Source: Mobula hypostoma
Taxonomy: Eukaryota
Assembly (NCBI RefSeq): GCF_963921235.1
Contig: NC_086097.1
Coordinates: 46,316,001-46,380,000 of the forward strand
Direction of reading: 5' to 3'
Length of the DNA stretch: 64,000 nucleotides
The translations under genes and the position numbers were made by a program. The notes beneath the pieces were generated by a model, which made no database searches, was not told where the DNA came from, and worked only from the letters and a program-made list of their open reading frames with translations. This document shows positions 36,496 to 50,049 of the stretch, piece after piece. Within the stretch, counting starts at the first letter, position 1; each line of letters starts with the position of its first letter.

Positions 36496-37409
36496 TCACT
36501 TTGCTGACACAAGGTTTTGTACTTCTTCAATGCAAAGATAACAGTAAATGATTAACTAGTTTCAAGTAATTTACTCACTTTCAGGGCTCTTTACAACTCA
36601 TTCTCAGTGTTATTTTTATTCGTAGTTTGCCTTCTTTGACATATTGGCTGTTTGTCAGTCTTTATGTGCAGCTTTTTGTAAATTCCAAATGGATTTATTT
36701 TTCCTGTAAATCCCTACCAGAAAATGAATCTCATGGTATCATACGTGTGCTTTGATAATAAATTTACTTTGATCTTTGCTTTAATCACCTACTTCACTTT
36801 AGTATTTTGAATTTAGTCAGGTAAATTTTCAGAATTACATATTAACAATGACAGCACATCCCAACTAACAGAACCCTTTTGAATATTCAATACTGGTGTC
36901 GGTTCCAAAACCCTCCAGATATCCAAAATATACCCCTTCAGTCCCAAATTGTGCACAAGTGATAGGGTTACGCCTTAACAATGCACTAATAGCAGGAACA
37001 TTCTTCTTATGTCTTCCTCCATGTAGTTTCAATAGAACAGATTCAGAATGACCCACACTCAATGACTGGTTTCACAAGCCAAGAATCAGTTGGAAGTTAA
37101 ATTGTAATCCATTTTATTTCCTGAAGCCAGGCTCTCATTTTAGTTCATCCATAATTTTGCTAACCATAATTTCATAACTCCAGATTGATCATTGTGTACA
37201 AAATTTGTCAGTCTTTTAATTTTTTTTAAGATTGCCAAGACTAGTTTGTTTTGTCCAAATCACAACCTCATATTTCTATCTCACTCGGGAAACAAAGAAC
37301 GCAGTTCTCAGCTAGGAGTTCCTCCAGTCAGTTTGAACACGTGAGGAGTGATAAGAAAAAGATCATTCTGAAAAAGTTCATTAGCAAACAGAATTATCTT
37401 GTTTATTTT

Positions 37410-37655
37410 TATTTTATTTAGAGATACAGTACAGAATAGGCCCTTCCCGAACAATGAGCTGTACCTCCCATTTAACTGTAGCCTAACTGGTACATCTCTG
37501 TACTGTGGGAGGAATGGCACAGCCGGAAGAAACCCACACAGTTCACAGGGAGAACGAAAATACAAACTCCTTACAGACGGCACTGGAACTGAACTCCAAA
37601 CTCCAGAATAAACTGAGCAGTAATAGCATCGCACTAACCACTATGCTACCATGGG
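37410..37655 (-). mobile_element. V-SINE-like element
   Basis: tRNA-like head and V-domain-like TGTGTGGGTTTCTTCCGGCTGTGCCATTCCTCCCACAGTAC. Confidence 0.7.
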
Positions 37656-39069
37656 GCAACCAAGTTACTATTTGTGTGCCAGATAATTAACTGTTCTGTA
37701 GTAGTTCCTCGTTCTTTGCACTTCAGCCAGAAGAGTTATGCATATCACATCTCGGACTTAATTTTCAAGCAATTAAGTGTATAAGGTTAAGAAAATGGCT
37801 CATACTTTATTGATTGCTATAGAAATATTATTGCAGTTTCCCAGAATCTACCAGTTTTCATGTCTGAAGTCAAAAGGGCAAAGGCTACAGTCTGTCACAT
37901 CATATTACTTCCAGCTTCTAGTCCTTTTGGTGGTTGCCAGCTCGTCTATGATAATTATACCTTCCAGTTCAGAACTGGAAATGGTCCCGATTAGTAAAAA
38001 TTTTGCTAAAAAGATATGAACTAATAAGCACTGGATACTTAACAGATATTCTGCAACATACACAAAGGACTTGGGAGATGCAATGCGAATTTTTAGTTGT
38101 ATAGAATTTACCTTCTCTGAAATGTCAAAAATACTCTGTACACATTCCAATTCTAGCACTAAGTACCAATTATTTTGCCCAAAACAAAAAAAAATTAATT
38201 TGAATTATTTTAATGTCAGACAACTAAAGGATAAATTTCCTTTAAAAGAATTTGTATTAACCCAAGGAATAGCAAACAGGTATTTTACACATCAGTTTCC
38301 ATGAAATGAAGTCATCCATATACAGAGTCTGTCAGAGATAAAAATGGGGATTCTTAATGAACTATAATATATTTATACATTAAACTTTTGATCTAAATAT
38401 AATATACAGAAAAATGTTGAAAATTTTGCATATTAAGTGTTTCATATTGATATATTCCCTAAAAATTCTAATGTCAAATTAAATGGAGTCATTGTGGAAT
38501 TCCATTGCGATCCTTCATTATTCCAAATGATGGACTTTATAGTAATCTAGAAGAACACAGCCACACACAGTTGCTTTTACAGTACATTACATATCAATTT
38601 AACAGATCTGTCAGGAGACAAGGCTAGTTAATGTGCAAAGCTGTAAGCCTATTGTAATAGGCTAGCAGGTGCCACTGCTCAGACTGGGGAGTTGCCATGA
38701 CGTCTTATGCTAATCTCCCTGACACAACAGGTTGCTAAGTAGAAACTGTGCTCTAAACGTTTTGTCAAGAAAAGGACCCTGCTGGAGTTAGTCATCCCTA
38801 CCTTTTCTTTGTCAATCAGGCCTGACAGAATTTTGTGCTCCTTCACATACTGGCATTGAAGTCACCCAGGAGATTCAGTTTGACTCTCCTTGTGATGCAA
38901 ACTAGGAACTTAAGGTCCAAGCAGAAGTGCTTCTTGGCCTTGTCTGAAGCTTCAACAGCTGGTCCATTTAAATTGACGACTGTAGCATATTGCTTCCATA
39001 TTAGCGGAAGGTCATAAAATGTTTACAACTTCGATCGACTGACAGTAGTCCACAGTTGTCTGTGAATGC

Positions 39070-40205
39070 CAATGCCAAGGAATGGAATATTGACTGGCTG
39101 CATCACAGGCTGATGTGAAAACACCATTACCCCTGAATGGAAATTCCTACAAAATGTAGTGGATACAGCCTAGCCCATCATGGGTAAAGCCCTCCCCACC
39201 ATTGAGCACATCTACACGGAGTGTTATTGCATGAAAGTAGCATCCATCAGCAGTGAACACCTTCCACCACCACCCAGGTCATGCTCTCTTCTCATTGCTA
39301 CCATCAGGATGAAGGTACAGGAGTCTCAGGACTCACACTATTAGGTTCAGGAAAAGTTATTACCCCTCAACTATCAGGCTCTTGAACCAGAGGGGATAAC
39401 TTCACTCAGCTTCATTTGCCCCATCATTGAAACGTTCCCATAACCTATGGACTCACTATCAAGATGTCTTTATCTCAGGTTCTCGTTATTTATTTATTAT
39501 TATTACGATTTCTTTCTTTCTGTGCTTGCATAGTTTGATGCCTTTTGCACACTGGTTAAATGTCCAGTTGGTGTGGTCTTTCATTGATCTTATTATGGTT
39601 ATTATTCTATTATGGATTTCTTGCATATGGCCACAAGAAAACGATGCTCAGGGTTGTACCTGGTGACATCTATGTACTTTGATAATAAATTTAATCTGAG
39701 CTTCGGACTCACCTTCAAGGACTCTTCACCTCATGTTTGCGATATTTATTGCTTATTTATTAATGATTATTATTTTTTTCTTCTGTATTTGCTCAGTTTG
39801 TTGTCTTCTGCATTCTGGCTGTCTGGCCTTTTAGGAGCAGTCCCTCATTGACTCCATTATGGTTACTGGATTTATTGAGTATGGCCACAAGAAAACAAAT
39901 CTCTGGGTTGTGTATGGTGACATCTATTTACATTGATAGTAAATTTACTCTGCACTTTGAACTAATTCTACAACCTACAAACTCACTTCCAAGGACTCTT
40001 TATAAACCAAGTTCTCAGAATTATTCAGTTGCACAATTCGTCATCTTTTGCAGCACATTGGTTATTTGTCGGTTGTTGTTTATGTAGTTCTTCATCAAAT
40101 CTTTTGTATTTCTTTATTTTCCTGTAAATGCCTGCAAGAAAATACATCCTAATGTAGCATATTGCGACATATAGCTACTTTGATAATAAATTTTACTTTG
40201 ATTTA
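39070..40205 (+). mobile_element. Rex/L2 LINE 3' end followed by two further head-to-tail 3' UTR copies
   Basis: HHPGHALFSLLPSG motif; three units, each ending TTGATA(A/G)TAAATTT. Confidence 0.8.
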
Positions 40206-41920
40206 GTCTTAATGAAGAAGCTCACTCTATGAAGACAGTTTTCCTGTTGCCCCTCCAGAAGGTGATGTGGCCACATCTTGTATAATATCCTTGCATGTCA
40301 AACGCACACCAGGTAGCAACATCGGTGTCTGGATTCCCTAGCTATGGTAGTGAAAAGCATTTGGATCTGTCCATTTTTCACGAGGATCTTGACATTCTAA
40401 TTCCCAAATTTAATATAATGGTGTGGAAGGTAACAGTGCATGGTTTCTTTTATTGTCGAGTAGTTGCATTATACCAGCTGCTGCACGGGCTCTTATATTT
40501 TTAATCAATGTTATTATACTTGGACATTGTATTGGTGGTACGAAAGTGCTGAAATGCTGTCATTTGAGTTCATACAGAATTTTTTTTTTAATTGCTATTT
40601 GCCAATGTATTTTAAAATAAATGACCCAAACTAAAAGACAGCATACTAGAATCTCTTAATGCCTTCAAGAGAGGTGGAAACAAAAACCATCAATGGATTC
40701 AAAAATGAAAATGGTTGGCTACATAAAAGAATAATTTGCATAGGAATGGAAAAAGATTGGCTAAAGCAATCTTATTGGACTCATTCCCCAAATATCTTCC
40801 TTCTACGTGATAACAATTCTATGATTCTGTTTTATAAAATATGTTCAATTTTTTTTTATAAATGTTCTTACTACCCTAGTTTAAATAAAAGCTTAAAAAA
40901 GTAAAACTGTTCTATCTTCTAAACTCCTACATGTTGTTCTCTAAGTGATACTTAATCACTTTAAGTATGTTTGCAATTTAATCTACACATTTAATGTAAA
41001 ATGTATTTGCAAAGAACCAAATACATTTGATATCAAGAGAATTTTTCAGTCAGTTATCTACTCAAAAAGAAAATATCTACAAGTACTTCAAGCAAAACCT
41101 ACTGCAACTGTAGTGACAAATACTATTTTGAATCAACTTTTCAATTTACAACTTGCATTTCAGTGATATTATCCATAGGCATACGTGCAAATACACATTT
41201 ACAAATATAAGCAGTCAGTCAACATTGAGAATGAACATATGCATGCTTGTATAAAGATGGCACTGTCCAAATGTTGGTGTGTAACATCTGATATTTACAT
41301 TTTAAGTAATCATCTGTACAACTAAGTAATCATCTTTAGTAAATGAATTTGCTGCTTTCTCACTTTCGTTCAACAAGAACTTAATCTATACAATTTGCAA
41401 GAGGAATGAAGAGTTCCTTCAAGATTAAAACAGTAAATTTCTTATGTTTTATAGGACTCAAATGTCTCTACCCTCCCATACAAAATAGAGCCAAATGCAT
41501 AAACCTGAATGTTCAAAGTACACAGGAAACTGACTAAACTCAAAGAAAATTATTGCTTACTGAATGACCCTTGTAAGGTTCTCCAAATGTTATTCTACAC
41601 CTATTCTTAGATTTAATACATATATCCAAATATTTGTTTCCGAATTGTTTATAAAATTGCAGTATAGAATAATTAATGTTTATCTCTATTAAAGGCAATC
41701 AATAAAGACATCACGGTTTAAAAGAAATAAATCAAAGATTGCATTATGAAACTATTTACTACTGCACTCCTTACAAAATAACAAACCTGGTAAATGGTTT
41801 ATTATTGTCACATGTACCAAGACAAAACAAACAGCTCTTGTTTGCCTGCCATTCATTCCATACACATGTCTATCAAGGTAGTACAAATTGGAACAAATCA
41901 AACAGAATGTAGAATACAAT

Positions 41921-42926
41921 CAACAGGAATTCTGCAGATGCTGGAAATTCAAGCAACACACATAAAAGTTGCTGGTGAACGCAGCAGGCCAGGCAGCATC
42001 TCTAGGAAGAGGTACAGTCAATATTTCGGGTCGAGACCCTTCATCAGGACTAACTGAAGGAAGAGTTAGTAACAGATTTGAAAGTGGGAGGGGGAGGGGA
42101 GATCCAAGATGATAGGAGAAGACAGGAGGGGGAGGGATGGAGCCAAGAGCTGGACAGGTGATTGGCAAAGGGGATATGAGAGGATCATGGGACAGGAGGT
42201 CCTGGGAGAAAGACGGGGGGGGGGACCCAGAGGATGGGCAAGGGGTATAGTCAGAGGGACAGAGGGAGAAAAAGGAGAGTGAGAGAAAGAATGTGTGTAT
42301 ATAAATAAATAACAGATGGGGTACGAGGGGGAGGTGGGGCATTAGTGGAAGTTAGAGAAGTCAACGTTCATGCCATCAGGTTGGAGGCTACCCAGACGGA
42401 ATATAAGGTGTGGTTCCTCCAACCTGAGTGTGGCTTCATCTTTACAGTAGAGGAGGCCATGGACAGACATGTCAGAATGGGAATGGGATGTGGAATTAAA
42501 ATGTGTGGCCACTGGGAGATCCTGCTTTCTCTGGTGGACAGAGCGTAGGTGTTCAGCAAAGTGGTCTCCCAGTCTGCGTCGGGTCTCGCCAACATATAGA
42601 AGGCCACATTGGGAGCACCAGATGCAGTATATCACCCCAGCTGACTCACAGGTGAAGTGTCGCCTCACCTGGAAGGACTGTTTGGGTCCCTGAATGGTGG
42701 TAAGGGAGGAAGTGTAAGGGCATGTGTAGCACTTGTTCCACTTACAAGGATAAGTGCCAGGAGGGAGATCAGTGGGGAGGGATGGGGGGGATGAATGGAC
42801 AAGGGAGTCACATAGGAAGCAATCCCTGCGGAAAGCGGGGGAGGGGGGAGGGAAAGATGTGCTTAGTGGTGGGATCCCGTTGGAGGTGGCGGAAGTTACA
42901 GAGAATAATATGTTGGACAATTATGT
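41921..42926 (-). mobile_element. Neptune-type PLE 3' fragment (linker zinc motif + GIY-YIG + tail) nested in an old LINE 3' UTR
   Basis: GTYPCKWNKCYTCPY, GVIYCIWCSQCGLLYVGET; TSD tagaatacaat at 41910-41920 and 42927-42937; mutated hammerhead at 42016-42051. Confidence 0.92.
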
Positions 42927-43003
42927 TAGAATACAATGTTACAGTTACAGAGATCATGCAGTGCAGGTAGACAAATAAAGTGCAAGGCCATAACAATGTA
43001 GAT

Positions 43004-44632
43004 CAGGGAATCCCACGGTTTTGCGAGAGGTTGCTAGAGATTACTTGAGAGATCATGATAGCAACCCCCTTAGAGTTCTCCATAAGCAGTTTTGTTTCTC
43101 TTGTAAAAAAAGAGAAAATCCTGACATTGTCACAACACACTGCTTTCTTCATAGAGAGGTGCTGATGTCAAAAACTCTTAAAGATGATGCACAAAAACGG
43201 TTAACTTTATTAAACAAAGACCAGTTCACTCGAGAATATGTGAAAACCTGGGCAAAGAGCACAATCTCCTGCTACATACAAACATCCAGTGGCTTAGCAG
43301 AGGAAGAGTTCTCAACAGGGTGCTTGAGCTGAAAGGTGAATTGCAGCTGAATTGCAGGAGTACTTTCAAGAAAATAGTAGGCCGGATTTTGCTGAGTGCT
43401 TTGAAGATAAAGAATGGGTGCAGAAACTAGCTACTTAGCAGACATTTTTCATGATATGAACCAGTTGAACAAGTCTCTGCAAGGCCCTAGAGAAAATGTT
43501 TTGACATCAAATGACAAGATTCTTGGATTTAAAAGGAAACTGAATCTTTGGAAAAATCATGTTGCAAAAAGAAATCCTGAAATGTTTCCACTGCTACTTG
43601 GGCTTGAGAGTGAGAAAGCATATCAGATAGTCTCGAGTCTTATTGAAAACCACCTGGAATAACTGCAGAACAAAACTGAACAGTATTTTCCTCCCTTTCA
43701 ACACAATTGTATGGGTAAGGGACCTTTTCTCTGAATCCTCTGCTCAGCCTGAGAACTTGACTTTGAGAAGAGGGAGAACTTTGTGAGCTGCAGTCTGATC
43801 GTGCACTCAAGATGAGATTTACTGACCTGCCCCTGGAAAAGTTCTGGATTTCTGGTATCTTGCCATTCATAGGAAAACAATGAACATTTTGCTGGAGTTT
43901 TCAGCTTCTTACATGTATGAGCCAGCTTTTTCTTGTTTAACAAGCATCAAGAGCAAGGATAGAAATAGTCTCATTTCAGTTAAAGGTGAAATCCGTGCGT
44001 GTTTATCTCAAATTCAAACCAGAATTGAGTATTTGCACAGCAAAAAACAAACACCCGTTTTACATGCTTGGCCTATATTTGAGCCAGATCATGCCACTTA
44101 GTAAGAAAATGTTTTTTTCTCAAAGTCTTGTATAAAATTGTGTTTTATGCTATATTTTTACTCATATTGCTTTGGTTTATGGTTTTTAGTAACTTCACTA
44201 TTCAACATTGTCAATAACTTTTTATGTTGTAAATAGCATTAATTAAAATCAATTTACAACATTTATTTAAATTAAATCTACTGAGTCTACCTTTAGAATA
44301 ATTAAATCCCATTTTGGCTTAAGCCAGTTATTTAACAGAAATTTATTATGTTTCCCTTATGAGTTTTTAAAATTTATGAAAGGGAAAGAAAGATTAATTT
44401 CAAGAAAGGGAAGCTAGCTTAACTATCTGTTTCCGCGCCCCCCCCCCGCAAGAAAGACTGCCTAAAAATTCATTCTCTACTCAAAAGAGCATTGACAATT
44501 ATTTTTGGATTATTCTATCTACTACTTACTGATCACGCTAATGTAGCGTTAGCTGTAGATATAATAATTTTTACTCAGGAGTTCTCTGATACCTGAAAAT
44601 TAATTCAAGGGCAAAATGGTTGAGAAAGATTT
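43004..44632 (+). mobile_element. Decayed hAT-Charlie (ZBED5/SCAND3-like) transposon
   Basis: THCFLHREVL, YLADIF..MNQLNKSLQG, F.ASY..E.AFS motifs; 8-bp TSD atgtagat (42996-43003) / atgtagac (44633-44640). Confidence 0.85.
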
Positions 44633-44699
44633 ATGTAGACTGAAAGATGAAGAGTTCATCTTAAGAGCCCCATTCTGTAACAGTTATGTTTGAACTGCC

Positions 44700-45790
44700 G
44701 CTGAGCTTCCAGTGACCCCAAGCACTGAGGTCCGGACAGGCAGGAAGTGGAAGGCCAAGGATGCAGTGGACATGGCGAAGTCTCACCTGAGGCACAAGGA
44801 TCTGGTAGGGACAGTGGCATCTGGTCAGGCAGGGCAGTGCAGCTTCCCTTCAACCTGCTTTGAGAGGGCCCAGGGGAGGGACAGAGGTAGACACAAACTG
44901 GTCTAGGAAGAGGTGTGAGCAGCTCTCGAGGAAGTGCGTAAAACCAGGATGGTAGGAATGGGGCAGCAAGGAGTTTAGACAAGCTGGGAGGGTATGCTGA
45001 AGCAGATCTCTTGGTCCAACATCCTGGCAGGCAGAACCCAAGTGCATCAAGTTCATGATGCAGGCTGTGTATGACATCCTGCCTAGTTCAGCAAACCTTT
45101 TTGCTTGGGACAAAAGTGAGGCACCATCGTGTCCTCTTTCCCTGGCAGAGGGACACTAGAACACATCCTCAGCAGTTACCCAAAAGCTCTAAAGGAAGTC
45201 CACTACTTGTGGTGCCATGAACAGCTGCTGAAGGCAGAGGCAGAAAACATCTCCTCAGCCATTACCAATAGTATGCACCTCCACCAACCCAGACTGCCCA
45301 TAGCCTTTGTCAAAGCTGGAGACCAACCACAGCCTCAGCCCAGAGCACCAGACTTGAAGCAGATGGTCATCGTAGAACCAACAGCACCTTGGGGATATCA
45401 GACTGAAGAAGTGTTTGAGTGTAAGAAAGCCAAATACCAGGAGCTGGTATAGCAGTGCCAGAGACCGGGGTGGAGGGCATGATGCAAGCCTATAGAGGTG
45501 GGGTGTACAGGTTCTGCAGTAGATTTGCAGAACCTACTCTTTCCTTGGCATTATTAGGGTTGCAAAAAAAAAAACAACAACCATTGGCACCGTCACAGAG
45601 GCAGATGAGCGAGCCTCCAGATGGCTAGGATTAAGAGGTGTGACCTGTGAACCAGTGATGCTGGGACACAAGCTGAGGCCTGATCAACCTAGGCTGGGTT
45701 GCTTGGACAAGGGTGCCCAATGTCAAAAGATGCAAAACACCCGATGACAGCAGCTACATCACTTATGATGTGTCCCAGCATCACAGCAGC
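44700..45790 (+). mobile_element. Older HERO-like RLE LINE 3' fragment
   Basis: TGRKWKA..AV, KF..QAVYDILPS..NL, LEHILS, VE.T.PW, KKAKYQEL; structured 3' UTR homologous to 12171-12286. Confidence 0.82.
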
Positions 45791-45929
45791 TATATTTGGA
45801 CCCAATAGTTCGTGCTCTCTTGTACCTTCTGATCAATTGGGGGTGGGGGAGGGAGAAAGGAGAGAGAAGGGAGAATGACTGAGGTGTGAGGGGCTCCTGA
45901 TTACGTTGTTTGGCTTTATAGTAACAACT

Positions 45930-47190
45930 TTTGTTTATTTCATCTAAATATTGACTGTGTGGGGTACCAAACAAGCGCAGCGCTTTAACCTGAATAGTCC
46001 AAGTAGTGTTGGTGCTGCATCTCCCAGAGGGATGGGGGAGTATTCCATCACATTGACATGGCTTTTAGATGGTGGAAAGGCATTGTGGTGTCAGGAGGAA
46101 AGTCAGTTACTTCAGGATCCTCAGCCTCTAACTTGCTCTTGTAGCCATAGTATGTGTTTGGCTGGTTTCAGTAAGTTTGTAGCCAATGGTGACACCAGAG
46201 ATGTTGCTTGCTGGTGAGAATTCAACAATGGCAATTCCACTGAATGTCACTGAGGCTCTTCCTTTTTGCAGATTACTACTGTCAGTAACTTTTGCACTGC
46301 AAATGTTTACCACTTACCAGCATGTACCGGATCTTTGTCTAGGTCTTATGGCATTAGTTGCTGAGGACTTGTACATGGAACTCAACATTCGGCATTTAAC
46401 AGCTAACTTCCCTTACCTGATGCTGATGAAAGATCATTGGACCAAGGAACATGTCCTTTGACTCGTGCAGTACACTCTCAGGAGTGAGATGATAATTCCC
46501 TAACAACCATAACTACCTCTCTTTGTGTAAGATTGATATTTGCATTACCAGAGTTCCTTGATCCCACATTCAGTCAAATGCTGCCATAGCGCCAAAGGTA
46601 ATTACTCTTGACTCATCTTGTGAATTCAGTTCTTCTGTAGACATTTGAATCAAGTGGCCTTGTCAAAATACAACTGGGAGATGGTGAGCTGGTAACAAAT
46701 GCTTCTTGATAGCACTGTCAACACCTTCTACTGTTTTACTATCAACTGAGAGTAGACTGATTAGGTGACAAGTTGCTAGAATTGAATCGTATTCTAGCTG
46801 GCAGAATGGTGAGTGGTAACCAGATAATACACAGTTCTTTTATCCATGTTTGATCTGATGTCATGAGACTTTACAGTCTGCAGTCAATATTGAGGACCTC
46901 CAGGACTAATCCTTCCCACTTGCATACCATTAATGGATCTGTTCTGCCAACAGGGCTTCTTAAAGGATAGTGATGAAGGATTCCAGGACCAACTTTTGAG
47001 TAAGGTATTATCAATCAGTACAACTATATCATGCTGTTGCTTGATGAATGTGTGGGGAAGTTTTCCCAATTAAGACACCCATTTCCAGATGTTTGTGAGG
47101 AGGACTTGCAAGATCTACTGGGCCAGAAGCAACAATGTCTGGATCTGATGCCAAGGTAGTTAGTCATGTTTTATTCACCACACATGTTAC
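45930..47190 (-). mobile_element. Very old CR1/L2-group LINE fragments
   Basis: Patchy antisense similarity to the 29690-30300 family. Confidence 0.5.
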
Positions 47191-47844
47191 AACTGAGTGC
47201 CTTGCTAGATTATTTAAGAATCAACCACATGAATCTGAAGTTATGTACAGCTACAATATTTCTGATGAATCATGTTTAATTATTAAATTTTGTATCTTTA
47301 TATTACAGAATACCACAGTGTGTTACATATTCTGCTTTTAGAGGTGTTTGTCAAGACTTTGGGATTACATATTGTGTCATTTAATGAATGCACTAGAATG
47401 ATAAATCCTCAACAACCATAACTACCTTTCAATATGTGAAATTGATACCCAATGTTTGTACTAACAACGTTATCACCCGACCACCCCACTAACCTTCACC
47501 CATCCCTTGTTAGCCAAGCATAATTTTTAACTTTAAAAACAGTTAAGTTTAAGCACTACTGCATATACCATCACATTGTCACCATGGACATTGTCAACTT
47601 TGTATGAGTGGTGGTGGTAGGTTACCATCACTACAGTTATCGATCACCAAATCAGTAATGGAAAGGTAGAATATAAAATAGGTGCATAAAAGACACCACC
47701 AACAAATTAACAAAACTAATAATGCATGAGCATACTGCATGAATTGATAATGCATACAATAGTGTGAGTTAGTATCATTACTAAAGGTGCAGTATCAAAG
47801 ATGTATACAAAACACATATTATATATTATATATACACATACATC

Positions 47845-48345
47845 ATGACTTGATATAGCAACTGCTCTGGCCATAACTGCAAGAAACTATAGAGAGTGGT
47901 GGACACAGCTTAGTACCTCAAGGAAACTAGGCTCCACTCCATACCACAGATTTTGTGTATACTTCTAGCTGCCTCAGTAATGCAGCTAATATAACCAAAT
48001 GTCACACTCAGATCAGACACTCTCTCTTGTTAACTCTCCCATCAGGCTGAAAGCAGGTACCACCAGGTTCAAGGGCGGTTTCTATCCTGCTGTTATAAGA
48101 CTATTGAATGGTTCCTTAGTGTGAATTACAGACACTTGACATCACAATCTGCTTCGTTACAACTTTGCACCTTCTTATCTTACCCGCACTTTCTCTGTAA
48201 CTGTAACACTTTATTCTGTATTCCCTTATTGTTTTACCTGCTACTACCTCAATGCACTACTGTAATGAATTCATCTCTACAAATGGTATGCATGACATAT
48301 TTTTCACTATACCTCTGTATGTGTGACAATAATAAAACAATTAAC
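47845..48345 (+). mobile_element. Rex/L2 LINE 3' fragment
   Basis: LQRVV..A, TTRFK.GFYPAVIRLLN-like motifs and 3' UTR. Confidence 0.75.
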
Positions 48346-49164
48346 TTGACAATAATAAAACAATTAACTAACTTCCAAACTTCATAAGCATTCTTCTCTA
48401 CAGGACTTTCTGTACTGTGGTTAAATTGATGTAACAATTAAGACAATTCATTACTGTATATTGACTTTCTATATATGCGATTATAACTTTAAGAAAATTG
48501 AAGATTTTACCATAAAGTGTCAAGTTTCAAATACAGCCTTAACACTCATGATTTTTAATATCCCACATCCATACATTTATCATGACTATTTTACACAAAT
48601 AGAAATACTGAAAGCAAAATAAAATCTGTTGAAGTTGCAAGAAATAAATTCACTCAACACACTCCCTCTTCTCAAATATTCCCTTCCCTATTTCATTCCA
48701 CATCTGTGACAAAATCATGAGATCATACCATACAGAGCAAAGATTTATTTGCATAGAGCAGTAATGGAATACATGCACACACAAATATCAACATATTTGG
48801 ACTTTTCCTGCTTTCTGAAATTCATAGGCACCTGAACTGAAAAGGATTAGGGAAGAAACTAAGATTTTTTTTGGCATGTGTGCTTTACCTCACATATGGA
48901 CCAAATTAAAACTATGTCTGGCAGTTACTAACTGAATCGATTCAATTTGTATATCTGCCTACCTATGTTAATTGAGTCTAATGGAAATATATCTAGATCC
49001 AGCAAATGTCGCCTGAAAACACAGTCACACAGCACAGAAACAGACCCTCAGCCCTTCAGTAAGTAAGATGTTTCTAAGTGAACCATCAAAAACCTTTTTT
49101 TAAAAAAAACCGTAGATGGTGGAAATCCAGCATTTTCTCTTTTTTCATATCAAGTGCCCATCAA

Positions 49165-49730
49165 TATTAACAGGGTAAAGAAATTCAGCATGTCCCTGTT
49201 GACCCTTACCAATTTTTAATTGATGCATCATAGAAAGCATTCTGTCAAGGTGCATAATGGCTTGGTATGGCAACTACTCTGCATGTGACCACAGTAAATT
49301 GCAGAGGGTTGTGTACACAGCTCAGCACATCACAAGAACCAACTTGCCATCTATGCGGTCTGTCGATACCTGCTGCCTCAGTAAAGGTAGACAGTAAAGA
49401 CCTCTCCCACCCTGGACATTCACTTTTCTCCCCTCTTCCATCCAGCAGAAGATACAAAAGCCTGAAAGTACAAAGAACCAAGTTTAAGGACACCTTCTAT
49501 CCCATTCTTATCAAACCCCTGAATGGACCTCGTACAATCAGATGGACTCCATCTTTCAATCCACCTCGTTATGATCTTGCACTTGATTGTTTATCTGTAC
49601 TGCACTTTTTTTGGTAGCTTTTAGCACTTTATTCTGTACTGTTATTATTTTAATTTATTCTAGCTCAATGCACTGCGTAATGATTTGATCTGTATAAACA
49701 GTATGCACTGTATTTTGATAGCAATACCAT
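49165..49730 (+). mobile_element. Rex/L2 LINE 3' fragment
   Basis: DLSHPGHSLFSPLPSSRRYKSL..RTKFKDTFYP. Confidence 0.85.
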
Positions 49731-50049
49731 TTTCTAGTCCATAGTCTATTATACCAAGTGCTCATCTAGATGCTGTGTAAGCTTTATCAGAGCTGCCTCC
49801 ATGACCTTCTTGTGCAATTATTTCCTTATTTGACAGTGCAAGGTTTGACAAAGCTTTTACCTCGCCAACTGAAAAACAGACGGTGACTAAACTATTGTGA
49901 GCAATCAGAATGTTACATTTTTAGCGTTGCGTACAATTGTCAGGAGGGACCAATGTTAATCTCACATACAAAAGGAAGTCAATTATTTTTAATTCATAAA
50001 CTAGACATCCCACTGATTTTGCCACTCCATCCAAAACTCTTATATAATA

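Noticed and set aside
43021..44101. Domesticated ZBED/SCAND3-like gene
   Set aside because: Multiple frameshifts and stops, and retains a TSD; a dead transposon.
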